From the IMG/VR virus record IMGVR_UViG_3300027779_000002: a DNA stretch of 20,000 nucleotides; one strand, given 5' to 3'. Each line of letters opens with the position of its first letter. Positions within the stretch are counted from its first letter, which is position 1. The notes below the pieces were generated by a model that was not told where the DNA came from, made no database searches, and saw only the letters and a list, made by a program, of their open reading frames with translations. A program made the translations under genes and the position numbers. Source of the stretch: an uncultured virus (IMG/VR IMGVR_UViG_3300027779_000002). Its lineage: Duplodnaviria > Heunggongvirae > Uroviricota > Caudoviricetes. Positions 9,769-16,973 of the stretch are shown here, in pieces.

Positions 9769-10614
9769 TTACCAAAGAGCTATAAGTCTTTGATTAACTA
9801 TTGCAGGAGTAGCATATACTTGTACAATTTGTACAGGTAATACTTCACCTACAGGAAAATTATTAAATATTATATCTTGACCTCCAACAGTTTTTACTTT
9901 TATATTAACATATCTTGGGTCATCTGTTCCTGCCGCTGATTGGTCAACATCCTGTTTTATTGATGTAGTTGTTCCCACATACAACAAGCATCCTTGAGCT
10001 TGTGATGGGTCTGCACCTCCGCCTTGTGGAGGATTAGCTGCATATATTTCATAGTCTTCATTAGCAGTTAAAAAGATGTCATCTGATAATCCAACATTTT
10101 GGTCATTTAATACTGACGATACTGTTGTTATTTTTAAAGTATTTCTATTAATTACAATGTCTCCAATTGAAACATTGTATTTAGATACAAATCCTTCACC
10201 ATAAATATCATATGCTTTAGCTGTACCTACTGCAGGAGCAACTAATAATGCATCAGAAATAGAAGCGTTAGGACTTTTTACACCACTAACAACATGGTCT
10301 GACAAATCTGTCACATTAATAATAAAGTTTCCTTTTTTAACAAACTTACCTGAACCTACTATTCCTCCTGCTTGAGCTTGAGTAGAGTTTAAAATAAAAT
10401 TCTCTGAAGAATCTATTAACTCTCCTGCTGCTGCACCATCTGTAGTTCCTTGCCATATCTTAGGCGTTAAAACAGAATCCACTAACTTATTTGTCGCAGC
10501 TGCTGTTTGTGCACCTTTAACAATTAAATGAGCCGGCTTAGGAATGTATATAGTATCACTTGGAACTATTTCTAAAGCAGTCATCCCGCTAATCATGTTT
10601 TTTAAATACGACAT
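9769..10614 (-). CDS. Head spike-base-like virion protein (RcGTA Rcc01079-like ends with central insertion)
   Basis: N-terminal 'EIVPSDT' and C-terminal 'LLYVGT...IKVKTVGGQDIIFNNFPVGEVLPVQIVQVYAT...IALW' match the family pattern as recalled. Confidence 0.6.
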   Translation of the reverse strand: MSYLKNMISGMTALEIVPSDTIYIPKPAHLIVKGAQTAAATNKLVDSVLTPKIWQGTTDGAAAGELIDSSENFILNSTQAQAGGIVGSGKFVKKGNFIINVTDLSDHVVSGVKSPNASISDALLVAPAVGTAKAYDIYGEGFVSKYNVSIGDIVINRNTLKITTVSSVLNDQNVGLSDDIFLTANEDYEIYAANPPQGGGADPSQAQGCLLYVGTTTSIKQDVDQSAAGTDDPRYVNIKVKTVGGQDIIFNNFPVGEVLPVQIVQVYATPAIVNQRLIALW

Positions 10615-10631
10615 TTTATATTATTTATTTA

Positions 10632-10718
10632 TTAATAACTTTTAGACTTGACTTTCAACCCTTTTTTCTTAGCAACTTTTTTCTTAGATGCTTTTCCTTT
10701 TGGTGCTGCTCTACGCAT
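10632..10718 (-). CDS. Small lysine-rich protein, 28 aa (MRRAAPKGKASKKKVAKKKGLKVKSKSY)
   Basis: Fills the intergenic gap, A-rich start context, manual translation. Confidence 0.65.
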   Translation of the reverse strand: MRRAAPKGKASKKKVAKKKGLKVKSKSY

Positions 10719-10736
10719 AATTATTTTATTTAGTTA

Positions 10737-11714
10737 TTAAAATGTTGCTATATCTGCTTTCTTCCAAGTGTTTGTTGCTACACATACATAAATTGCATCT
10801 GATGCAAATCTAATGTCTCCTGTTACTCCTGCTGCTGTAGCTGAAGCCGGTGCAGTTTCTATTGCCGAAACACCAAATGTAGGTGACTTAACTGCTGTAC
10901 TAAATACTGCTCCATCAGCGTCTAATGACATTTCATCATTAACGCCTAAGTTGCCACTTCTTGAAATTTTAAATTTATTTGAATCTCCTCTGTCAATTCC
11001 AATAGAAATATCTGCTTGTCCTTGAGTTTCAAATGAAATTTTTGCATCTGCGTCAGCTCCTGTATTTTGATTGTGAATTAATAATCCGATTGCTACGTTT
11101 CCTTTATCTTGTTGTAAGTTGATACCTAATGGGTTTTCTCCTGTACTATCTCCTACTAGAAGGTTTCCTGATGCTACCATATCTACTGCTGATACATTTC
11201 CACTAAATGCTCCACCTACGCCTGATACGTCTCCACTAAATGCTCCACCTACACCTGCTACGTCTCCACTAAATGTTCCATCTACACCTGATACATTTCC
11301 ACTAAATGCTCCACCTACACCTGATACGTCTCCACTAAATGCTCCACCTACACCTGATATATTTCCTGAAGCAGCTACATCTACAGCTGATACGTTTCCA
11401 CTTATAGTACAGTCACCTGAACTTGTAAGAGCAGCACATTGTACTTCTCCGGTTAAGTTCATATCACCTGTTACAGTAATTAATGCTCCTGCTTCTGCCA
11501 TAATAGAATCAGTCAAGGTATTAGAATCTACCCATTTGGATATTTTCCCTGCTGTTCCTGAACCGTCAACCCCACCACCAACTACGACAGTATCTAGGAT
11601 ATCTTGCATTGTAAATATTGTTCTTTGTGCATTCAATGATGCTGAACCTCTGTTTTCTGTATCAACAGTAGATTTTACTGTATGAAATTTTTGACTGCTT
11701 GGTATTGTTGCCAT
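10737..11714 (-). CDS. Putative virion fibre/spike protein with 11-aa tandem repeats (325 aa)
   Basis: G(D/N)VSGVGGAFS repeats and 'GSGTAGKISKW' fibre motif. C-terminal 'APASATAAGVTGDIRFASDAIYVCVATNTWKK' domain is common in phage fibres. Confidence 0.7.
   Translation of the reverse strand: MATIPSSQKFHTVKSTVDTENRGSASLNAQRTIFTMQDILDTVVVGGGVDGSGTAGKISKWVDSNTLTDSIMAEAGALITVTGDMNLTGEVQCAALTSSGDCTISGNVSAVDVAASGNISGVGGAFSGDVSGVGGAFSGNVSGVDGTFSGDVAGVGGAFSGDVSGVGGAFSGNVSAVDMVASGNLLVGDSTGENPLGINLQQDKGNVAIGLLIHNQNTGADADAKISFETQGQADISIGIDRGDSNKFKISRSGNLGVNDEMSLDADGAVFSTAVKSPTFGVSAIETAPASATAAGVTGDIRFASDAIYVCVATNTWKKADIATF
11188..11365 (-). repeat. 33-nt coding tandem repeat (~5 copies plus degenerate flanks)
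   Basis: Unit CCACTAAATGCTCCACCTACACCTGATACGTCT and variants on the + strand. Confidence 0.9.
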
Positions 11715-11735
11715 TTTTTTTACTTTTATTGTTAG

Positions 11736-11909
11736 TTATAAATTTTTTTTATAAGGAAAAACTCTATTTAAGCTATCCTTTTTTTTTGTACATCCACAGT
11801 CGGTTCCTGTTGCTTGTGAAATTTTATCCACAACCTTTTTAATTCCGGTAGCTGTTGTAACTTTTTCTATTGTATCTCCCAATCCTCTTGAGGGTTCATT
11901 CCATTTCAT
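11736..11909 (-). CDS. Phage hypothetical protein, 57 aa (MKWNEPSRGLGDTIEKVTTATGIKKVV...DCGC...FPYKKNL)
   Basis: Manual translation. The GLGDT...DCGC pattern is recalled from marine phage small proteins. Confidence 0.8.
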   Translation of the reverse strand: MKWNEPSRGLGDTIEKVTTATGIKKVVDKISQATGTDCGCTKKKDSLNRVFPYKKNL

Positions 11910-11913
11910 ACTA

Positions 11914-11921
11914 CAAAGATA
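11914..11921 (-). promoter_or_regulatory. Bacteroidota-type -7 promoter box TATCTTTG
   Basis: Exact TAnnTTTG, intergenic, 4 nt before the ATG at 11909. Confidence 0.65.
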
Positions 11922-11944
11922 AACAATTTTTTTTATTGCTCTCG

Positions 11945-11989
11945 TTAGTTTATTGTGTGTATCTTTTGACCATTTGGTATTATTGCCAT
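11945..11989 (-). pseudogene. 14-codon remnant (MAIIPNGQKIHTIN) resembling the N-terminus of the 325-aa protein
   Basis: Aligns with MATIPSSQKFHTVK and has a good A-rich start context. Confidence 0.5.
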
Positions 11990-11995
11990 ATTTTT

Positions 11996-12136
11996 TTATT
12001 TTTTACAAGTACATAATTTATTTGGACAACTTTCAACATTAAATGATATTTTTAATAATAAAAAATTCCAAAAACATTGAAAATTACACCATAAAAAACT
12101 AATTTTATTTCCTAACCAAACTAAAGCTTTTCCCAT
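11996..12136 (-). CDS. Small Cys/Trp-rich hydrophobic protein, 46 aa (MGKALVWLGNKISFLWCNFQCFWNFLLLKISFNVESCPNKLCTCKK)
   Basis: TAATG coupling to the upstream gene; manual translation. Confidence 0.7.
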   Translation of the reverse strand: MGKALVWLGNKISFLWCNFQCFWNFLLLKISFNVESCPNKLCTCKK

Positions 12137-12330
12137 TACTTTTTAATTATTCTTGAATTAGAACCTAAATGTTTTTCATATTTCATAGAATGGTCTCCAC
12201 CGTAAGCATGTCCTCCTTTTTTAGACATTCCTTTGGATTCATCTCTTCTACTTTTCATACTTTGTTTGTGAGAACCTTTATGTCTCATACCTAAAGACTC
12301 ATCTAATCTTGAATTATAACCTTGTGCCAT
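12136..12330 (-). CDS. Small basic hypothetical protein (64 aa)
   Basis: ORF track. K/R/H/S-rich with A-rich start context. Confidence 0.8.
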   Translation of the reverse strand: MAQGYNSRLDESLGMRHKGSHKQSMKSRRDESKGMSKKGGHAYGGDHSMKYEKHLGSNSRIIKK

Positions 12331-12352
12331 GTTTTCTTTTTTATATTATTAA

Positions 12353-12508
12353 TTAAGCATTTCTGTTTCTTCTTCCTGCTTGAGCTTTTCTTTGCATTCC
12401 TTTTTTACCGTATTTATTTACGCCAATAGAATAAGCAATTCTTTTAGCTGCTATCTCAGACTTTCCTTGAGACACTAATTTTTTTACTAATTCTTTAAAC
12501 TTGCTCAT
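12353..12508 (-). CDS. Small basic protein, 51 aa (MSKFKELVKKLVSQGKSEIAAKRIAYSIGVNKYGKKGMQRKAQAGRRNRNA)
   Basis: Manual translation. Fills the gap and is preceded by a promoter box. Confidence 0.75.
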   Translation of the reverse strand: MSKFKELVKKLVSQGKSEIAAKRIAYSIGVNKYGKKGMQRKAQAGRRNRNA

Positions 12509-12525
12509 TGCAATAATTTATTTTA

Positions 12526-12533
12526 CAAAGATA
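12526..12533 (-). promoter_or_regulatory. Bacteroidota-type -7 promoter box TATCTTTG
   Basis: Exact motif, intergenic, 17 nt upstream of the ATG at 12508. Confidence 0.65.
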
Positions 12534-12554
12534 CTATTATTTTTCTATATTGTT

Positions 12555-12836
12555 TTAACACTTCCATCTACGTCTTGCTTGCCTAATTCTAGAATTAGGG
12601 TCATTTCTTGTTTCAGCACTACTCTTCTTTAATTGACCTAAACTTCTTGCACAATAAGACTTTCTTCTCTTCGCTGACTTACTACCTGCTTTTACTTTTC
12701 CTGTAACAGCTGTCTTTAATTTAGAACCGGGATTTGCTTTACGATAAGCAGCAACCCCTTTCTTTGTCATTCCTGCTCCTTTTTTTGTAGGTCTATAGTT
12801 TGCGCCTTTACCTTTCGTGGTCTTTCTTATAGCCAT
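12555..12836 (-). CDS. Highly basic conserved phage protein (93 aa; possibly DUF6321-like)
   Basis: 'GMTKKGVAAYRKANPGSKLK...RRKSYCARS...RRWKC' pattern recalled from aquatic phages. Confidence 0.8.
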   Translation of the reverse strand: MAIRKTTKGKGANYRPTKKGAGMTKKGVAAYRKANPGSKLKTAVTGKVKAGSKSAKRRKSYCARSLGQLKKSSAETRNDPNSRIRQARRRWKC

Positions 12837-12955
12837 TACTTTTTGTTATGCGTATATCCTTTTTTCTTTAAAGCTAAATGTTGTTTCATTGTAGAAGCTT
12901 TTTTAACTATACCTGTTTTACTGTACATATTATGTACTTTAAATTTTTTTGCCAT
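12836..12955 (-). CDS. Small basic protein, 39 aa (MAKKFKVHNMYSKTGIVKKASTMKQHLALKKKGYTHNKK)
   Basis: TAATG overlaps at both ends. Confidence 0.75.
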   Translation of the reverse strand: MAKKFKVHNMYSKTGIVKKASTMKQHLALKKKGYTHNKK

Positions 12956-13068
12956 TATTTTTTTTTCTTTGGTACACAGTTAGGTACAGACTTTCCGCCC
13001 TTTTTTTTCATTCCGTAGGCAACGAATCCTTTCCAACAGGGATTCTTCATTTTTTTTGTTCTTGCCAT
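12955..13068 (-). CDS. Small basic protein, 37 aa, PCWKG...GMKKKGGK.VPNCVP motif
   Basis: Manual translation MARTKKMKNPCWKGFVAYGMKKKGGKSVPNCVPKKKK; TAATG coupling. Confidence 0.8.
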   Translation of the reverse strand: MARTKKMKNPCWKGFVAYGMKKKGGKSVPNCVPKKKK

Positions 13069-13070
13069 AA

Positions 13071-13349
13071 TTATGCTTTTCTAGTTCTTGCACTTCTATT
13101 TCTTATTGAACCTCTTACTCTTGATTTTGTATCTCCTATACTTCTAAGACCTGATACTCTTTGTTTAGTATTTTTGTTTTGATTAAGAGATGACAAATTT
13201 ATTGGTTTAGTTGATTTATCATTAACAGTATTATCTTTGTCTTTGTCTTTGTCTATTTGTTGTGATTTTAAATAATTAGCAATAAGTTCTGAAAAATTAT
13301 TATCGTTATTATCGTTACTTGTTTTAGTGTTTTCAGTTTTATCTGACAT
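13071..13349 (-). CDS. Low-complexity hypothetical protein (92 aa; acidic/Asn-rich N-terminus, Arg-rich C-terminus)
   Basis: Start reassigned from 13403 to 13349 (MSDKTENTK) because the promoter box lies at 13377-13384 and the longer form overlaps the divergent gene. Confidence 0.65.
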   Translation of the reverse strand: MSDKTENTKTSNDNNDNNFSELIANYLKSQQIDKDKDKDNTVNDKSTKPINLSSLNQNKNTKQRVSGLRSIGDTKSRVRGSIRNRSARTRKA

Positions 13350-13366
13350 AGTATAGTTTTTATTGT

Positions 13367-13374
13367 TACTTTTG
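13367..13374 (+). promoter_or_regulatory. -7 promoter box TACTTTTG for the winged-helix gene
   Basis: Exact TAnnTTTG, 23 nt upstream of ATG 13398. Confidence 0.55.
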
Positions 13375-13376
13375 AA

Positions 13377-13384
13377 CAAAGATA
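13377..13384 (-). promoter_or_regulatory. -7 promoter box TATCTTTG
   Basis: Exact motif upstream of ATG 13349. Confidence 0.6.
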
Positions 13385-13397
13385 CAAATTTAATTAA

Positions 13398-13832
13398 ATG
13401 CAAAAAGACTATTTAAAATATTGGAGGGTTGTTCGTTATTTTGTAAAATCAAAATATAAAATATCTACCGGCGAATTAGACATGCTTTTATTTTTATATT
13501 CAGAAAAATATTTTGGTAAAGATAAATTTAAAGAGTATGATGAATTATTAAGTTGGAATGTAAATCGTTTTGACCAACTGCTCAAACGAGGTTGGATAGA
13601 AGTCTTTCGCAAAAGAGTAGGTAAAAATAAAACGCTTTACAGTTTAAGTTTTAAAGCAAACAGAATGATACATTCTATTTATGAAAAATTAGAAGGCGGA
13701 GCTATTCCTGAATCTCCTACATCAAATCCTATGTTTAAAGGTAATGTGACTTATACAGACAAGATATATCGTAATCAAATAAAAGAGATGAACAAGGTTA
13801 TACAACAACAACAACGTCTTGCTCCCGAATAA
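13398..13832 (+). CDS. Putative winged helix-turn-helix (MarR-like) DNA-binding protein
   Basis: 'ISTGELDMLLFLY', 'FDQLLKRGWIEV' and 'LYSLSFKANRMI' follow the MarR/wHTH pattern. Only gene against the local strand. Confidence 0.6.
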   Translation: MQKDYLKYWRVVRYFVKSKYKISTGELDMLLFLYSEKYFGKDKFKEYDELLSWNVNRFDQLLKRGWIEVFRKRVGKNKTLYSLSFKANRMIHSIYEKLEGGAIPESPTSNPMFKGNVTYTDKIYRNQIKEMNKVIQQQQRLAPE

Positions 13833-14064
13833 TAGTACAAGCTGTGCCTTCAAGCACCATTTGATATCCTGCACGCTTGTCATAGTATATTATATCATTA
13901 CTATTAATTGACTTTACTTCTGTGCCGGGAGTTATAACTTTAGCTTTTTTATATCTAAATTGGTCAGCGTCATGTTCAGACAATAATAATCCTGACTCTG
14001 TCTTTAGTTCTTCTTTAATGTTTTCTACTATAAGGTATTTATTAATTGCTATCATTTGATTCAT
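13798..14064 (-). CDS. groES: Co-chaperonin GroES (Cpn10)-like
   Basis: Mobile loop 'KTESGLLLSE' and C-terminal 'IIREQDVV'. Overlaps the groEL end; the start could be 14055. Confidence 0.85.
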   Translation of the reverse strand: MNQMIAINKYLIVENIKEELKTESGLLLSEHDADQFRYKKAKVITPGTEVKSINSNDIIYYDKRAGYQMVLEGTACTIIREQDVVVVV

Positions 14065-15661
14065 ATGTTCTTGCCATTGTTATAATAGCGTTAGTAGATA
14101 ATATAGTTATTGCTACAGAAACTGCATTTTGTAAAGCGTTCTTAGTTACTTTCATTGGGTCAATGATTCCCATGTCAATCATATTTCCATGTACTTCGTT
14201 CTTAACATCATAGCCTACTCCATTATGTTTATTAATTGGATATTTTTCTTCTATGGTTGCTCCTGCGTTTTCTAGTATTTGTGAAAGTGGTGCAGATAAT
14301 GCACCATATAAAATTGCGTCAGCAATTTTATGTGAATTTTTTTCTTTTTTTGATATGTATGCAGAACCAATATCATACAATGCTACTCCACCACCCGGTA
14401 AGATACCTTCTAATAGTGCGGAACGTACAGCACAGACTGCATCATCTACCCTGTCATAGAGTTCTTTTTGTTCAATGTCGGTTTGACCTCCTACATATAT
14501 AACTCCAATACCACCGCTTAATGATGCTATACGAGATAGTATAAAATCTTTGTCATTTTTATTTGAAGCATTTTCATGTGCTTGCCACAATTGTAAAACT
14601 CTCTTTCCTACTTTAGCAACAGACTCAGTTGATTTAATTAATATACTAGACTCTTTACCAATTATACATTTATCAGCATGACCTAAGTCACTAAACGAAA
14701 TTAATGATAAGTCATCACCTGTTTTTTCAGAAAAGTAATTTGCTCCAACCGATACTGCAATATCTTGCATAAGCTCATGTTGTTTGTATCCAAACTGTGG
14801 AGGACCTATAACACAAACTTGTAAACCATTCTTGACTACGTTTGCTGCTAAAGTATTTACAACATTAATAGACATAGGTGCAATAATTAATAATTTCTTT
14901 TGCTCATTAATAATTGGCTTTAGTATATTCTCTATTGATAATACGTTTGATATCTCTGCATCACTTACTAAGACATGTACGTTATCTAATATACACTCGT
15001 CTTTCTTTTGATTATTAATAAATAAAGGCGATGTCCACCCTCTCTCAATTTTAATTCCGTTTGTGGTCTCGCTATAAGTGGTACTTGAATCCGATTTCTC
15101 TACAGTAACTATTCCGTTTTTACCAACCTCCTTATATGTATCAGCAATAACTTTACCAATTACTTTGTCATTGTTCGCAGATATAACAGCTACATCAAGT
15201 AATCTTTTATTAGTAATTTTTTTTGAAACCTTTTTTAAATTGTCTATTACTACCTCAGTTTCTTTTAATACCTCTTTTAATACCTCCGCTCTGTTTGTGG
15301 TATCATCCATTAAGGCATCGCCTTGCTTAACTAATGCTTCAGTAAGAACAATAGCAGTAGTTGTGCCATCACCCGCAGAGGTTGCAGTATTATCCGCAGC
15401 CTGCTTCATCATACGAACCGCAAGGTTCTCAACAGGGTCTAATAAATCTACAGCTTTAGCTACGGTTACTCCGTCTTTAGTTACGGTTAACCCGCCTGTT
15501 ACATATTGTGATTCGATGAGGACTGTATTCCCTCTAGGACCTAATGTGCTTTTAACTGCGTTTGCGATTTGTGTAATTCCGGAAATAAGCTTTGCTCTTC
15601 CGTTTTCACCAAAGGATAATTCTTTGGGATTAAAGCCTGATGGCATGTTGATTTGATTCAT
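14042..15661 (-). CDS. groEL: Phage-encoded chaperonin GroEL (Cpn60)
   Basis: AVKSTLGPRG, TKDGVTVAK, AGDGTTTA, ISANND, RVDDAV, EGILPGGG and GIIDP motifs. No GGM tail. Confidence 0.97.
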   Translation of the reverse strand: MNQINMPSGFNPKELSFGENGRAKLISGITQIANAVKSTLGPRGNTVLIESQYVTGGLTVTKDGVTVAKAVDLLDPVENLAVRMMKQAADNTATSAGDGTTTAIVLTEALVKQGDALMDDTTNRAEVLKEVLKETEVVIDNLKKVSKKITNKRLLDVAVISANNDKVIGKVIADTYKEVGKNGIVTVEKSDSSTTYSETTNGIKIERGWTSPLFINNQKKDECILDNVHVLVSDAEISNVLSIENILKPIINEQKKLLIIAPMSINVVNTLAANVVKNGLQVCVIGPPQFGYKQHELMQDIAVSVGANYFSEKTGDDLSLISFSDLGHADKCIIGKESSILIKSTESVAKVGKRVLQLWQAHENASNKNDKDFILSRIASLSGGIGVIYVGGQTDIEQKELYDRVDDAVCAVRSALLEGILPGGGVALYDIGSAYISKKEKNSHKIADAILYGALSAPLSQILENAGATIEEKYPINKHNGVGYDVKNEVHGNMIDMGIIDPMKVTKNALQNAVSVAITILSTNAIITMARTYESNDSN

Positions 15662-15683
15662 AGTAGATTGTATTAAATTTAAA

Positions 15684-15691
15684 CAAAGATA
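15684..15691 (-). promoter_or_regulatory. -7 promoter box TATCTTTG upstream of groEL
   Basis: Exact motif 22 nt upstream of ATG 15661. Confidence 0.65.
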
Positions 15692-15903
15692 AAAAAAAGA
15701 ATTAAGACTTGTGTCGTTATGTTGTTTTTTGTTTTACTCTACTCTCTCTCTCTATTTTTATTAAACGCATATATTAATTTTTTATTGCAGTTGCTTTTTC
15801 AAATTAACATTTCAACATTTATTTTTATAACTTATTGATTTATAATTATTTATCAATTTAATAATCAACATTAAATTAACACAGTATTGTTATTATATAA
15901 CAT

Positions 15904-15932
15904 AAAAAAAGAGGATTAATTAAAATCCCCTC
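15904..15932 (-). terminator. Putative intrinsic terminator
   Basis: Minus strand GAGGGGATT-TTAATT-AATCCTC (bulged stem) followed by T7, ~35 nt after the stop at 15969. Confidence 0.55.
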
Positions 15933-15968
15933 TCTTCATCAACACACTTACTAATCAATCACTATACT

Positions 15969-16205
15969 TTAATACTCATAAATGTTTCTGTCTCCATCCA
16001 TTCTCATCTTAGCTCTTTCAATTCCGTCAGCTATACAATCTATTTTGTATTGTTTTTTCATTTGCTGTCTATACATTGCAGCTTGAGCAATTCCTGTAAC
16101 TCCGTCAGGTCTTGCATTTATCTCACGACCATTTTTTATATATAGTCCTTCAACATTATTTGAGATTTTATTATCTCTACTCATTTGTTTGTAAGGTTTT
16201 CTCAT
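15969..16205 (-). CDS. Hypothetical protein (78 aa, MRKPYKQ...)
   Basis: Start reassigned from 16283 to 16205. A near-consensus TATCTTTA box at 16222-16229 lies just upstream. Confidence 0.7.
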   Translation of the reverse strand: MRKPYKQMSRDNKISNNVEGLYIKNGREINARPDGVTGIAQAAMYRQQMKKQYKIDCIADGIERAKMRMDGDRNIYEY

Positions 16206-16259
16206 CACATTTTGTTTTCTGTAAAGATACAAAAAAAATTGTAAGATATGTGTAGTATT

Positions 16260-16720
16260 TAGACTCCCCCCCCTCACACGCAATCACCCGACAAAAGAAA
16301 ACTCAAAAAAAAAGTTGACCCCCCCTGAAGATTTAAATGTTTACGTTCAGATTTTTTAGGAAAACGCCTGACCCCTGTCACCCTCTACCCCTCCCCCCCC
16401 TGTACACCTACTGCTCTACGTTTGTCGTACCACATACCCACACACACACACGCATACACGCCTACCTTCCCCCTATTATATCCCTATATGAATCTTATAA
16501 TATCATAACAAGCTAAGAGATATAAGAGTGCATCCCCTCAACGTATCTTTGACATAAATAAATCGTAGTGAAATGTACTAAGCTAACACGCTAGTTATCA
16601 ATGAGTTACAATATCAATTAATAAATAGACAATAAATTATACTAAAATTGTACGATAATTCAAATAATTGTTGTAGTATTGCATTATATTACTAATTAAG
16701 GTAGTATAAACCAAAACTAT
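16260..16720. other. Non-coding strand-switch region with C-runs and a CA tract (candidate genome end/packaging region)
   Basis: No credible ORF, strong C skew on the + strand, and genes diverge on both sides. Confidence 0.5.
16544..16551 (+). promoter_or_regulatory. -7 promoter box TATCTTTG facing the early region
   Basis: Exact motif. A second near-match TAGTATTG lies at 16674-16681. Confidence 0.45.
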
Positions 16721-16725
16721 ATAAT

Positions 16726-16965
16726 ATGAAAAACAATAAAATAATAGCAGAGTTTATGGGTGTTGGTAAGCACTACGAGGCACAGAGCAGTAATCCATTT
16801 AACCAATACCACCAATCTTGGGATTGGCTAATGCCTGTAATAGCAAAGTTAGTGCAGAATTTTGGAAGTGGTTGGAAATTTGAGCAAGGATACGACTTAA
16901 ATGTCAGATACAAAGAAGTAGTAAAGTTTATTAAACAAGAAAACGAAGATAAATTAAATAAATAA
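16726..16965 (+). CDS. Phage hypothetical protein (79 aa)
   Basis: 'NKIIAEFMG...YHQSWDWLMPVI' motif recalled from Bacteroidota phages. Confidence 0.8.
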   Translation: MKNNKIIAEFMGVGKHYEAQSSNPFNQYHQSWDWLMPVIAKLVQNFGSGWKFEQGYDLNVRYKEVVKFIKQENEDKLNK

Positions 16966-16973
16966 AAAACATT

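Noticed and set aside
11188..11365. 33-nt repeats as a CRISPR array
   Set aside because: Directly tandem with no spacers; they encode an 11-aa repeat.
13232..13239. Extra TATCTTTG on the + strand
   Set aside because: Lies antisense within the DKDKDKDN coding tract and is explained by the protein repeat.
3129..15656. + strand track ORFs at 3129, 4955, 5285, 6916, 7545, 9191, 10813, 11119, 12949, 14236, 14253, 14784 and 15078
   Set aside because: Antisense shadows of well-supported minus-strand genes, with no recognisable motifs.
14042..15661. Bacterial chromosome origin because of groEL
   Set aside because: All neighbours are phage-like, the gene order is reversed and the sequence is divergent.
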